From: Octopus vulgaris | Taxonomy: Eukaryota | Reading direction: 5' to 3' | Assembly (NCBI GenBank): GCA_951406725.2 | Contig: OX597815.1 | Location: forward strand, 48,298,001 to 48,362,000 | Length of the DNA stretch: 64,000 bases | Position numbers and translations under genes: made by a program | The notes under the pieces: model-generated | Databases searched by the model: none | Seen by the model: only the letters and a program-made list of their open reading frames with translations | What the model was told of the DNA's origin: nothing | In this document: positions 12,400-26,550 of the stretch, in pieces | Numbering within the stretch: position 1 is the first letter of the stretch | Layout of the letters: each line of letters starts with the position of its first letter

Positions 12400-13120
12400 A
12401 TATGTATGTATAGGCTATACACACACACGCATGCATGCACATATATATGTATGTAAGCTTATATGTGCATATACACACATCGAAGCAGAGATATACGTGG
12501 ACTCATAAGCACACAACATAAAAATATACTATGTACATATACACACAAACAGAACACACTGCTTCCATACACACAAGCATGCATCAGTACATACAGATAC
12601 ACATACAAGTCTACATGACACAGATACATTCAAGCATAAACACAACATACAAGACACATACAAGTACTCACTGCATACATACTTTTTCTATATATATACA
12701 TATAAGCACACAATATACACATACACACTGTATACATACAGGCATACATATATACACAATTATACATGCATAGACAAACAAGCACATCAAACATGCATAC
12801 AGATAATCTACATGTACACAACAAATATAAACATAAACCCATTTATAACAAAGACAACATACATACAACATATACATACAGCATTCCATTACATTACATG
12901 AATACAGCCAAGCAACCAGCCAACCGTACATGCACCAATCTCAAATCACATACATCAAACACAAAATGCACACACCCAAGTACGCATTATGTACACGCAT
13001 ATAAAAACACATATCAAATACATACATAGACACACAGAGCATACACACAAAAGTACACATGATATACATACACAACTTATACAAATACTTGGAGAGCTAC
13101 TTATATAGACATACACAGAA
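12400..13120. repeat. Degenerate CA/TA-rich low-complexity tract
   Basis: Read directly from the sequence. Confidence 0.85.
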
Positions 13121-13407
13121 GCTAACGGGGAAGCTCTGTTCAGGTATTTAAACTACTAGAAGCAACAGTCAAAGCTTCAAACCACATCTTAACTACAAAG
13201 TGTTCTTTTTAAGAAAGGATATGCTTGTGTGTCATTCCCACCCCATACACACATCTTTTCTTTGAGGTCTGTAGACTTATTGAGTAGTATGTAGTTCATT
13301 TTAGTAGATTTCTCATAATACATTCTATGGCAATTCCATACTTCACTCTGATTTTCCCAAAAAGATATCATGAAGAGACAGTATATAGAATAAATACACA
13401 TATTACT

Positions 13408-13530
13408 CTCCAACAAAGATGCCTCCAAAACATTCTGAGCATTAGATGGTAAGATAAGATCACAAACGAGGAGGTGCTTTGAAGAGCCAATGCAACATGC
13501 CTGAGTCTTGTCATTAAAGACATAAGAATG
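13408..13530 (+). mobile_element. RTE-clade LINE ORF fragment
   Basis: Translates LQQRCLQNILSIRW*DKITNEEVL*RANAT, matching the post-RT motif RCLRxILxIxWxDxxxNxEVLxR. Confidence 0.8.
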
Positions 13531-14147
13531 CAAAATTGGTATCTCCAGGAGTGTTACACCACTATATATAGTAGCTATTTAAGCAATGAATTCATGGATG
13601 GTTAAAGGGTTGGATGTGGCACTATAGAAGGAGCAAGAACTTCTGGAATATGCATTTACAACTTTTACCTATTTTGTCATCTTTGATTGCATTGTTTACA
13701 TTAGACATATTCAGTTATGAAACATCATAACAAATCAGTGCTGGCTCTAATTTCTATTAAAATATCTGTAGAAGCAACTGGCAGGGTACATTCTATGAAT
13801 GAGGGACAATATTCCAGCAAGAACTGCAATGATATGGTTACCAACTGGCAGAAAAAACCATGGCCTATGCAGCTGTGACACAAACTGGTTTCATGCTCCA
13901 ACCCTTGACAAAGGTGAAAGATAAAAGAGTATAGTGGTTCATTGCTATTCTTATTCAAAGTATGCTTCTTTTAGATGGATCAGGACTATGTAGATGCTCT
14001 TCCAAAAACCAACCACTAACAGAGTTTACTGAGTACATTTTGTTATGGCACTGAACTAGAAATGGTCACATGTCCTCAACTAGACATGACAAACTTGCTA
14101 TATGTCTGTCATGTGTGTGTGTGTGTGCGTGCACACGTGTATTCTTT

Positions 14148-15315
14148 CGAGAGTCAGCTGAAAAGTTCAATGGCTGACCAAGATACTCTCGTGAAATGCA
14201 GCCAAATGAGGTTCATTTTTCAACATAATGTCCCTTGCTGCTCACACATTTACTCCATCAGTGTTGCAGTGCTTGGATCCCATTGGTGAAAAAGCTTTCA
14301 TCCTGTTGCTCAAAAAGGTCATCAGCAGGAGATGATGTCAGCATCACTGCAAAACTGGTTCTCAGTCAAGCGTTTTTTCATCATGGGGAACAGATGATAG
14401 TCAAATGGAGCCAAATCAAGAGAAAAGGAAGGGTGATCAACCAGTTCAAAGCCACAGTCATACACAGCAGCAATTGAAAGCAAAGACTTGTGTGCCAGAG
14501 CATTGTCCTCATGAAACAAGACCCCTTTTGTCAGTTTTCCTAGTTGATTTTTCTTGACACCTTTTCGTAACTGCCTCAGCAAATTAGCATAGTACTCTCC
14601 ATTGATGGGGTACCCTTTTGATAGTCAAACAACACAATGCCTTTTGAATCCCAAAAACTCCAGGCCATCACCTTCCCTGCAGATGAAAGGACATTGACCT
14701 TCTTTGGAGCAGGTGAAGAAGGGTGTTTCCTCTGCATGGATAATCTCTTTGACTGGCTCAAAGTGATGAACCCAATACTAATCTTGGGCTAGGAAACATT
14801 CAAGGAAACCAGCAGTTCATTGTGCAGAATATGCTCAACTCTCTCATGGGATATGCTAATAGCAATGGCCATTTGATTTATAGTCAACTACCTGTTGTCC
14901 ATCACCATGTGGTGAAAATGACTAACGTTTCCTTCGGTGGTGGTAGTGGTGGTTGCAGGACATCCAAACATTAGGCCATGTTCTAGACATGCCTTCCCTC
15001 CTAAATTCAGTTGCCCACTTTAGCACTGTTGATAAAGCTGAAGCATCATTCCCTGATGTAGCATGAATGTCCTTGAGGGTTAAACCCTTTTTTTCTGCAG
15101 GTACTTGATAACACCACAAAGCCATATTTTATCAATTTTCAAGAGAAGTTACAACTAGTTACTACTGAAATCTTCTTTGAACAGTCAGAAGTCAGTTTAC
15201 ATGGAAAGAAACAATGGAATTATGAATAAGAAGAGTTGAAATTAATACATGCAAGATTTCACAGATCAAGCATCACTTCTGCAGAGTCAACATAGGAACT
15301 GTCAGTCCACCTTCA
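14148..15315 (-). mobile_element. mariner (DD34D) transposon, full length but decayed
   Basis: ORF pieces SAGKVMAWSFWDSKGIVLFDY and HEDNALAHKS...HPSFSLDLAPFDYHLFP (D34D spacing); degenerate TIRs at both ends. Confidence 0.92.
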
Positions 15316-15689
15316 TAGGTATGGAGCTGAAACATTTTGCAAGTTGTAGGAATAAACAATAATAATTCTCTATACTCTACATACTGCTTGTATTGTGTTC
15401 TCTCTAGCAACATGACTACCTTGGTAATACAGCTTCTTGTATGTTTGTATGCACCCTTGTCTTGACTTCACATGATGGTTGTAAATGAGCATCACCACCA
15501 TACAAATGGTATTGTCTATTTCTAATCTTCCATGGAAAAACATGTCTGGTCAGGTGGAAATATTTCCAGGTGAGGATTTGTAACAGGAAGGGCATCCAGC
15601 TGTGGAAAATCTGCTTCATCAAATTCTACCTGACACATACAAGCTTGGTAAAGTGAACATTAAATGATGATGATGATGGTCAATATATA

Positions 15690-16080
15690 TTTATCCTTAA
15701 CTTGTTTCACATCATGAGACTGTGGCCATGCTGGGACACTGCCTTGATTAATTTTTAGTTGAATAAATTGACCCCAGTAATTATGATTTTTCAAGATTGA
15801 TACTTATTCGAGTGGTCATCTCTTTTGCTGAACCACTAAGCTACAGGGATGTAAACACACCAACACCAGTCATCAAGCAGTGGTGTAACAAACACAGACA
15901 CAAAAATACACACACATAACGAGCTTCTTTCAGTTTCCATCTTCCAAACCCACTCACAAAGCTTTGGTCAGCCTGAGGCTATAGTAAAAGACACTTCTCC
16001 AAGGTGCCACACATTGGACTGAACCTGGAACTATGTGCTAGGGAAGCAAGCTTCTTACTACACAGCCATGTCTGCACCTA
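15690..16080 (-). mobile_element. Family B SINE, decayed full-length copy
   Basis: Colinear with the reverse complement of 51203-51630. Confidence 0.8.
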
Positions 16081-16851
16081 TGTATATACATAAATGTACA
16101 TAAATATATGTGTGTTTGTGGGTGTTTATAAGACAGGCAAAGTGAGACTGTAAAAGAGAGGAGGGATTGACTGAGAAAGAGGTATGAAAGGTATATATAT
16201 ATATATACACACAAACACACACAACTGACAGTGTGTCACTGTTTACACTGACTGTTGTGTTGATTAGTCATAGTCAAAAGTGTATGTGTCTAGGCAGGTG
16301 TACTCTGATCTTGTCAATTTGATAGTACAGAAGTTATGGTGTCATGTGGTTTCATTGCTGGAAACAGAACTCCAAGAGCCAAGGAGAGGCTTCATTTCTT
16401 GAAGGGCACTCAAAACATTGATATCAATAATAATAATAATAATTAGTTCCTTGATGTCTCTGGTTGTGTCTTGAATGCAGTTTGAATAAATTAAGGCAAA
16501 GCCAAAAGAATAACAACAGCAATGATGATGATGGTGGTGGTGGTATTAAGGAGTAGGGGTTGATGGGCTCAAAAATATAGGTGGTGTTGTTTTAGGCAAT
16601 GTTTCCAAAACTATGAGTATTATGATGGCAAACTGGCAGAATTGTAAGCAAGCATGTCAGAAAAATTGCTTAGCAACGTTTCTTCTGGTTCTTTAGATTC
16701 TGAGTTCAAATTCCATTGAATTCAGCTTTGCGTTTCATCCATTTAGGGTTGATAAAATAAATACCAGGTGAGAACTAAGGTTGCGGGGGGGGGGGGTCAA
16801 TGTAATTGACAAGTTGTTTCTCACTAAAATTACTGGCCTTATGCCAAAATT

Positions 16852-17215
16852 TCATCATCATCATCATCATCATCATTCTTTAGTATCTGTTTTCCTTTTA
16901 GTATCTGGGCTGGAGGGTTTGACCAGATCTGGCAAGCTGCATCAAGTTCCAGTCTGTTTTGATTCGTTTTCTACAATTGGATGCCCTTTCTAATGCCAAC
17001 CACTTTACAGTGTGTGATGGGTTCTTTTAACATGGCACTGCATGAGTGCTTTTACATGGTACCAGCACAAGTGATTTCTACATGGCACGAGCACAGGATT
17101 CTTACAGGTCAATCTTCCTCACCAGGGGGAGCAGCCTTAACACTTCCGAGTAGGACAGGACTTCTTGATTACAGCAAGGCGCCAAGTATCTCGGTCCTTC
17201 GTCATCTCATCTGGT
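16852..17215 (-). mobile_element. RTE LINE 3' end / 3'UTR with (ATG)n tail
   Basis: Same layout as 47850-48385: (CAT)n, 'ggatgcccttt.ctaatgccaacc', short internal repeats. Confidence 0.7.
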
Positions 17216-17350
17216 GATGATAAAGATGACTGTGATTGTGATATTGATGATTATATCACTCCTGATTAGGTAGATATATGATTGAGGGTTTTTTAGCAAT
17301 GATCACTTGCTCTTTTTAAAGATCTTATTAGAGGATTTGCAGATGATGAA

Positions 17351-17875
17351 CCCTTTAGCATTCAAATTCATCTGTCAAATGTAATGCTTATTTATTTCAG
17401 TTTTGAATTAATCATACATTACCTCATAATTTCAAGATTTCAGTGATGTGATTGCACATTTTGAACAACATTGTAAGGGAGATGTGAAAGGTCAGATCTG
17501 GTCAGTTTGAACATAAAGCTAGTAGATTATTTGGGGCTGGATATGGCTGGATTAACTCACGTGATCACGTGACCGACCAGGCCATCAGATCTTGCTACAC
17601 ATCGCTGGTCACAATGCACTTCACATTGTTTTAGCCTTCAATGACGCCACCCCACTGGCTAAGCAAGCAGGCCAACAGAAGAAAGTGAGAGAAAGTTGTG
17701 GTGAAAGAGTACAGCAGGGATCCTTGCCAGAGCCTTGTGGAGATTTAGGTGTTTTCGCTCAAGAAACACTCACAATGCCCAGTCTGGTAATTGAAACCAC
17801 AATCCTACGAACGCGAGTCCGCTGCCCTAACCACTGGGCTATTGCACCTCCACAGATGGATTAAATACTAAAGGG
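17351..17875. mobile_element. piggyBac-type MITE interrupted by a family C SINE
   Basis: TIRs ccctttagcatt / aatactaaaggg; same family as 46550-46769 and 49974-50193. Confidence 0.8.
17556..17853 (-). mobile_element. Family C SINE with tail type 3
   Basis: Head matches 43646 and 59614; tail ends '...ggtcggtcacgtgatcacgtga'; TSD tggattaa (17548-17555 / 17857-17864). Confidence 0.85.
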
Positions 17876-18764
17876 TAACGGTGGGATTTCTTACAAGATA
17901 AGCAACTGCTTAGAGAGACACTCATAGATACAATGATAGTCATGATGCTAATGATGTTGATCATAATCATCATAGTGGTAATGGTGATGGTTATGATGAT
18001 GACAAACGTTTGTTTCAAGATGATTTTACATAAGAAAATTACTAAAACAGAAGGAATATGGTGTCTTAAATTTCAATAATAACAGCAACAATACCAGCAA
18101 TTTTTGTGGGGAGAGGGTTTTAGTCAATGCCATTGATCCCAGTATTTGACTGGTACTTTTATGGACCTTGACAGGATAAAAGACTAAGCTGACATTAGAG
18201 GGATTTGAATTCAGAATATAAAAAGCAGAAACAGATATTGCAAAGTCATTTTGTCTGATGCTTTAAAGATTCTACCAATCAGTTACCTTTGCAGCAGCAG
18301 CAACAACAACAACAACAACAATAACAACACCACCATCATCATCACCATCATCCTCATCATCATGCGTTCATTTTCCCATGCTGGCATCAGTCGGATAGTT
18401 TGACAGGAGCTGGCAAGCCAGAGGGCTGCACCAGGCTCCAGTAGTCTGTTTTGGCATGGCTTTTACAGCTTGATTCCCCTTCTAATGCCAACTGCTTTGC
18501 AGAGTGTACTGGGTGCTTTTTATGTGGCATCAGCACAATAATAATGATGATGACAATAATAACTGCTTTCAATTTAGACACAAGGCCAGCAATTTTAGTG
18601 AAGGGAGTTAATCAATGATATCAGCCCTGATGCTTGACGGCTATTTTATCTTATCAATTCCAAAGGCAAAGTTGAAGAAATGCTTAGCAACATTTGTCTG
18701 ATATGCTAATAATACTGCCAGCTCACAGCCTTAATTATGATGATGATGATGATGATGATGATAA

Positions 18765-19322
18765 CTGCCCTTGTAAAGTACCAGGCACTGGCTCTGATGG
18801 CTTCTCATCTTAACTGATTGGAAATGCAATCATGTACATTGTTTTGTCTTGGTATAAAAGATGGGCTACAGCAAATATTCTGCTCAATACCACAGATTTG
18901 TTTGCCAGTTGCATGACCTTAACCAGTCGAGCATGTCCCTTGGTGGCTAACGATATGTGCAACTCTGATATTGAGCAGAAGTAGTTAGGGAGCAATATGG
19001 CCATGTGTTGAAAAGAATTCTTAGGGATTTGAATAATTCACTTATGGAAATAGAGGTGTCTTGTTCATCATCCTTAACAACCCCTATTCAGGAACCTTTT
19101 GAGCAGGATGAACTACTTGATTTGAAGAAAATTCTATCTGGGCCCCACTTGCAAAAGTCATGTGCTGTTTATCTTGATATGAGATCACCATGTCTTGCAC
19201 ATGTGGTTGTGATGCAATGTGGCTGGTGCACCCTTATCAGACAGGTAAGCATGATGGGTAGACTGGGTTTTGTATATTTTACCCCAATGTCATTTTGATG
19301 GCATGCACTTCTCTCTCACGCA
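18765..19322 (-). repeat. Unclassified ~550-bp segment between (ATG)n/(AAT)n tracts, probably a LINE-derived repeat
   Basis: Complex, more GC-rich segment bounded by trinucleotide tracts; repeat status is inferred and the family is not identified. Confidence 0.4.
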
Positions 19323-19354
19323 ATGATGATGATAACAACAACAACAATAATAAT

Positions 19355-19863
19355 AATAATCTTTTCTACTAGAGGCAGAAGGCTTCAAATATGTAGGGGA
19401 GGGGACTAGTTGATTACATCAACCCCAGTGTTTCACTGGTACTTAATTTATCGACCGTGAAAGGATGAAAGGCAAAGTTGACCTTGGTGGAATTTGAACT
19501 TAGAACAGTGTGATGGGCGAAATACTGCTAAGCATTTCGTCCAGCATGCTAACAATTTTGCCAGCTTGCCACCTTAATAATGATAAGAACAACAACAACA
19601 ATAGCAAAATAATAGCAATAATAATAATTATAATAATAATAATAATAATGATTTCAAATTTTTGCCACAAGGGCAGCTTGGGGGTGAGGGGATTAAGTCG
19701 ATTACATCGACCCCAGTGTGTAACTGGTACTTGTTTAATCAACCCCGAAGGATGAAAGGCAAAGTCTACCTCGGTGGAACTTGAACTCAGAACAGTGCGA
19801 TGGATGAAATACTGCTATGCATTTTGCCCAGTGTGCTAACAATTCTGCCAGCTTACCACCTTG

Positions 19864-19903
<40 letters not shown>

Positions 19904-20835
19904 TAATTTCTGCTAGAGGCGCAGGGTCTGAAATTTCGTGGGGACCAAGATAGTCAATTACATTAACCCCAGTGCTCAACTAGTACTTATTTCATCAACC
20001 TGGAAAAGCACAAAATACCGTTAAGCATTTTGTCCAAGGTGCTAACAATTCTGCCAGTCCATTGCCTTAATGATAATAATCCTTCTACTATAGACAAGGT
20101 CTAGAATTTCAAGGAATGGGGCTAGTTGATTACATCAACCCAAATGTTCAACTGATACTTATTTCCTTAACCCTTAAATGATGAAAAGGCAAAGTTGACC
20201 TCGGTAGAATTTGAATTTAGAACACATATGAAACACCATTAAACATTTTGTTCAACATGCTAACAATTCTACCGAGTTGCCACCTCAATAATGGTTTCAA
20301 ATTCTAGTACAAAGCCAGGAATTTTGGAGGGGTGGTTAAGTCAAATGCATCAACCCTTTACCGCCTTAATAATAATGATCCTTTCTATTAGAGGTACAAG
20401 GCCTGAGATATCTGGGGAGCAGGTAAGTCAATTATATCAACCCCAGTATTCAACTGGTACTTATTTCATTGACACCGAAAGGATGTAAGGCAAAGTTAAC
20501 CTCGGTGGAATTTGAACTCAGAATGCAAAGACAGGTGAGATACCACTAAACATTTTACCCGGTGTGCTAACAATCCTGTCAGCTCACCACCTTAATAATA
20601 ATGATAATAATAATAATAATCCTTTCTACTATAGGCATTAGGCCTGAAATTTTGGAGAATAGGGGATAATCAATTATACCGACCCAGTACTCAACTGGTA
20701 CTTATTTTATTGACTGAAAGGATGAAAGGCAAAGTCGACCTCGGTGGAATTTGAACTCAGAATGTAAAGCGGACAAAATGCCGCTAAGTATTCTGCCCGT
20801 CGTGCTAATGATTCTGCCAGCTCACTGCGTTAATA
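19355..20835 (-). mobile_element. Head-to-tail array of about 8 family A SINE copies or fragments separated by (AAT)n
   Basis: Repeated unit 'cc/tttctacta.aggc..aagg...cccagtg..caactggtac...gaatttgaactcagaa...ctgccagct..ccacctta' followed by (ata)n. Confidence 0.9.
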
Positions 20836-21017
20836 ATAATAATAATGTTTTAATAATACACTTAACTAATATATCAGTGTCACAGAATTCGACAACTTCT
20901 CTTCTTAATTACTATTACAGCTGTACAGGTGAACAGATAGAAAACTATTTTTAAAGAAAGGGTGTTAATTGGGGAAACAAACACAAATGTGAGTGCGTGT
21001 GACTGTGTACAAGTGCG

Positions 21018-21054
<37 letters not shown>

Positions 21055-21879
21055 TGATGACTATCTGTATGTGTGTGTGTGTGTGTGCGTGCACAAGAGC
21101 AAGCTCTGCCCATGCACCTGAACAAAATATACCAATTAGACCATCAATAGAGGAACTGATATTCTTGATCACACAATAACCTAGATGCATGTGAATGTAC
21201 ATCCATGCACACACACATGTATGTGTACTATTTTGAATGTATATGTCTGAATGTGTCAGTTATCTAATACGAAAATAATTATCAAATTTAACCTTGTTCA
21301 AGAATAACAAGGTGTGAAAATGACGTGAAATCAATTCATTTCATCATGTCAATATCTGAAAATTACACTTTCCATGTAAATCCATAATTTCTATTTATAG
21401 CTTCCTTTATTCTTATATTCTTTTACTTGTTTTCATCATTAGACTGTGGCCATGCTGGGACACCACCTCGAAGTGCTTAGTCAAACCAATCAACCCCACT
21501 ACTAATTTGTTTAGCGCTTTACCTGTCCTGTGTACCTTGAGTGATACACAGAACATATTCCCCTGGCAGCCATGCAATACACATTCATATGCAATACACA
21601 TTCACAATTTTTCTCAAACAACAAGAATAACTAAGATCTTATGAAAGGAAAGAGTTATATTAACCACAATATATGAAACAAGGGCAAACTAAAAGCCTGG
21701 AAACAAGCATGGTCATTTAGGATGCCACCGTCGTTGTGTATGTGTGCATGTGTTTGTTTCTGCTACTGTTTGACAACTGGTGTTGGTTTGTTTACATCCC
21801 CATAACTTTGGAGTTCAGCATAAAGGTACCATTTAATTATACATCAGTCTTTGATTCCTTGCCTGTCCAAAGTATTTCC

Positions 21880-21990
21880 ATCAACTGCATCAAGAGATGC
21901 CAGTCTCTAATTGCAGAGGAAACATGTGGAAAGGGTAGACCCAGGAAGACATGGAAGGAAGGATCTACAGACTTACAGAGGGGATGACAT
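21880..21990 (+). mobile_element. RTE LINE ORF 3' fragment
   Basis: CIKRCQSLIAEETCGKGRPRKTWKE contains the GRPRKTW motif; homologous to 48240-48385. Confidence 0.75.
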
Positions 21991-22824
21991 GTCAAGATAA
22001 GTAAAAGCATGGTTTTTCTTGCATACAGGTGTGTCACCCTTATCCCTCTCCAGCTGAGCATTTCTAATCTTGCAGGCTCGTGGTTGCTGGTACCATGTAA
22101 AAAGCACCCATACAAGTGCCATGTAAATGCACCTGTGCCAGTGCTGTGTAAAAGCATCCAGTACACTCTGTAAAATGGTTGGCATAAGGAAGCACTTCAG
22201 CTGGCCAGTTCCTGTTAAATCATCCAACTCATGCCAGCATCAAAAACAGATGACGTTGTAGTTGTCGTCATCATTTAACATATGTTTTCGATGCTGGCAT
22301 GAGTTGGATGATTTGTCAGGAACTGGCCAGCTTAAGTGCTACCCAAACTCCATGTCTGTTTAGGCATGAGTTCTATGGCTGGATACTCTTATAAGGTCAA
22401 ATACTTGAAAGTATACAGTTATGTCTTCTTGCCAACCTGGTCTATGCCTTTTAGTCCTCCTGTGATCAATAAAATGTATGTGTGCATGTGTGCGTGCGTG
22501 TGTGTGTGTACATGTTTATGTCTCATTGTCTTAACACTGACATCATGTGATAGTTGTAAATAAGTCAGACAATTGAGAACATTTCTGGCTATGGAGAAAT
22601 ATTACCTTGCTTGAAGCAGGTAAGGGTTAATGACAGGAAGGGGATCAGACTATAGAAAATCTGCTTCAATAAATGCCATCTGATCTATGCAAACATAGAA
22701 AAGTGAATGTTAAAATAATGATGATGATGACTTTCATGATTGCAAAGACACACTTACACACAAATATTTATTCCTGAATAGAAATAGACATACACACACT
22801 TGTGTATGGAAAAACACACACATG

Positions 22825-23030
22825 TTAGAAAGTGCTGAAAAGTTCCTGGCTCTAAGGATATCGTGAAGGCCCAACCTTCAGAGTTCTTTTACAGGGCTTA
22901 GAAAAACTGAAGGACTACTGCAATGAGTGTGTGAATCTGAGAGGGGAATAAGTTGAATTAAAATCAAAATTAACAGATCCTCCTGTATTTTCTTTTACCC
23001 AAAGTCAGGAACATTTCAGCACCACCTCAT
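22825..23030 (+). mobile_element. Short internally deleted mariner derivative (MITE)
   Basis: TIRs gtgctgaaaagttcctggct / agtcaggaacatttcagcac; internal 'tgtgtgaatctgagaggggaataagttgaa' resembles the mariner C-terminal CVxxxGxYVE. Confidence 0.8.
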
Positions 23031-24829
23031 ATATACACATATTTATGTATTCAAATATGCATGCACTTCAGTCTTTCCCTATTTACATATACATATTCAT
23101 TTGCAAACCCCACCTCATATCTGACCCCCCTCCACTCCTAACAATCACATACATTTAAGCAAGGCACATGTTCTATGGAGTAATTGGAAACATGGCTGTC
23201 AGTTGATGCATTTGTGGTTTGAATCTCGCCAAAGAGATCCTCTTTTGCATACTCTGTAAAGTGGTCGACATTAGGAAGGGCAACCAGCTATAGAAACCAA
23301 ACCAAGATTTGTGGCACATTTTTGTACTCAAGAGGACCCATCCACACAAGAGAATTGAGATCCTAAAACCAAGGTACCACATAAAAAGCACTGGTGCCAC
23401 ATAAAAGACACCCAGTAAACTCTGTAAAGTAGTTGGTGTTTGGAAGGGCATCCAGTCATAGAAACCATGCCAAAACAGAAAATGGAACCTGGTGCGAGCC
23501 CCTGGCCTTGACAGTTCCTGTCAAGCTATCCAATCCATGCCAGCATGGAAAACAGATGTTAAGTGTTGATAATGATGATGAAAATAAACTTTAGAAACAA
23601 AGGATGCAAAACAAGAGAAATGGAGTGTAGAGAATTTAGTTGAAAGCAAAACAATTGCCGAATGATATGACTCCGATAAATTCATAGTGCTTACTTACTG
23701 GAGCCTGTAGGGAACAAAAAGGCAAATTTTGATCCTCAATGGGATTTGAACTCAGAACTGTGTAGCAAGTAACTAATCTAAAATACCCATAAAGTATCTA
23801 TATAGTACAAGCCTCCTGTGACTGAGCAATTTCCACCTCCTCACACATACAGACACTCACCACACCATATAATACACACACATACAGTTGTGTATATATA
23901 GTTAGTCAGTCATCCCAGCTTGCGGTGAACAAGTCTCCTAGGATTTCCATGCCAGACCAGATCCGAAATGGAAGCCTTTCCCACAGGTCATTAGGGCAAC
24001 AGTTAAAATGATATTTAGCAAGTGACTAAACTAATTATGGCATTTTGTTATATAAACATTTATTATATTGTTATCATTGGTCTCTGATGGTGGGCAGATG
24101 GGAGAGAGGAAAAAGAAATGAATATAAACAAAAAAAAGAACAAAACAAATAAAATAGCATGTGTGTATGTGAGAGAGAGAGAGAGAGAGAGAGCAAGAGA
24201 GAGAGAAATTGTTGATATTAAATTTACACACAGTAGCTATGGGTCAAATGAGATAGCAGTTTATCAGATAGTGTTACATCTGTTTCTCGAAGTGATAACC
24301 AACTGCCATCAAATTAGCAGCAGCAGCAGTCATAGTAGTAGTAGTAGTAGTAGCAGTAACAAGAAACAACAACAATGATGATGATAATGGCAATGACATT
24401 AGTAATGACCAAGCATCAAGTCAGGAAATTTGATTTCCTTCCATGTTTGCAGCGGAATGTTAATTAATAAAGACAATCATTATTCCGAAGGACAAAATCA
24501 AAAAAAAAAGAAAAGAAAAAAAATTTGTTTCTAACTTCTGTGTCAATGTATATACGTTGATAAATAAATAAATATATAAATAGATAAATAAATAAACAAT
24601 CCAGCAAACGAAAATGAAACAAAACAAGCAAAAATAACTGCTGATTGATAACGATGAGCAAATTTAGGGCGTTTTGGTGATATCTATTGATAATAAACCA
24701 ATCAATTGGATATCTTATACTGCATGATTGAAGGAAATAAATATGGGATAAATGTGATACTTCTTTGTATATCATGACTACTACTACTATACTATTACTA
24801 CTTGTAGTAGTAGTAGTGATAGCAATTTT

Positions 24830-25345
24830 TGTTTTAAATATAGCCATAAGGCCTGCAAATTTGATGTAGAGGAGTAAGTGGATAGCACTGGCCCATGTAC
24901 TTGACTGGTACTTTATTTTAATCAACCCCAAGTCCTGAAATTGGAGAGGGGGGTTAGTTAATTATATTGACTCCAGTGTTTCACTGGTACTTAATTTATT
25001 GACCCCAAAAGGATGAAAAGCAAAGTCAACCTTGGTAGAATTTGAACTCAGAAAGTAGCGATGGGTGAAATACAGCTAAGCATTTTGTCCAGCATGCTAA
25101 TGATCCTGCCAGCTCACCACCTTAATAATAATGAATTCAAATTTTGGAACAAGATCAGCGATATTGGGGGAGGGGATAAGTCAATTACATCAACTCCAGT
25201 GCTCAATTTGTACTCTTTTTATCAACCCTGACAGGATAGATGATAAAGCTGACCTTGGCAGAATTTGAACACATAACGTAAAGACAGATGAAATGTCACT
25301 AAGCATTTTGCCCTGTTTGCTAACAATTCTGCCAACTCACTGCTT
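24830..25345 (-). mobile_element. Tandem family A SINE copies
   Basis: Same unit as the 19355-20835 array, with (AAT)n junctions. Confidence 0.85.
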
Positions 25346-26550
25346 TAATGATAATAATAATTTATTTTATTTGACATAAGGGCAGCTGATGGGGAGAGTC
25401 TACAATTTATGCTGGGAAGGGTGAGGGTATATAAAAAGATGGGGAGAAGTGAGAGATAAGAAAAACATGTGAATAGTAAATAAGATATGTGAATACATGG
25501 ATGATGCATTCCTGATACAGAAGAGCCACCAACTAGGACCAATCAAGGAGTGCCTTGTCCACCAAGCCCTTGTCCAATTGTTGTCTCATAATTAGAAAAT
25601 TATTAGAGTAGTTTCACTCACCCAAACCATTTTTGCCAGTCACCCATCCTTTGACAAATTTGCTAGATGAGATTACTCTTCTATTCACTCCCGATTTCCT
25701 TTCTAAGTGGGATTTGAAATTATCAATGAGAACTTGATTAAAGAAGGTGTCTGACTTCAATGGTTAACACTGCCTCAGTTATTTTGCCACTTGTTGCTTC
25801 ATGTGCCAAACTACATTAAATACAGCTTGACAAGCTTCAACACATATCAACAATTGTGTATTAGTTGTTTTCTGAATAAAAAACAAAAGTTCTGGTGTAG
25901 CATCAAATGACCAAGGTAGTATCTACAACTGAGGAGGTGAAATCACACTAAAACACTGTCTTGCAGTCTGTTGATGTTATTTGGAGCTTGCTTAACATGT
26001 TTTTATACATAAAGTTTATAGAGGAAATATTTTCAGAGACAAAATTCTGCTGAGCTGTTTGTATTCAAGAGCATGGGAGTATGTTAAAAATAAATGTACA
26101 CATCATTATTTTGATCCTTTCCGTCTTGTTTGTTTGTACTTTTGTGTGTGTGTTGGGGGGAGGGCGTATACATGCATGTGTGTTTGAGTGTTTGTTTGCA
26201 TTTTCACTTCTCCAAAAGTCACACAGCCAAGAGCAGGGACACTGCTGTCAATTCCTTTGTCAATCAGTCACCCACTGGCTTTGCAACTTGAAGATACATG
26301 GAATAAAATTCACTTACTTGAAAAACATGTAAAAGTTAACAGAAGGGGCATCCAGCTGTAAAGCAATGTCTCAATAATATATTTTTTTAACCCATCATAA
26401 AACAAACAAGTGGATGTATGCAGGATATATATGTGACACACACACATACACACATATATATATACACATGAAATACATAAAAATATGTGTGTGCGTGTGT
26501 GTGTATATATATATATATATATACACACACACGTTTTTTATCCTTCTATA

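Noticed and set aside
19355-20835. CRISPR-like regular repetition
   Set aside because: Units are ~200-bp diverged SINEs with no unique spacers and no cas genes; the context is eukaryotic.
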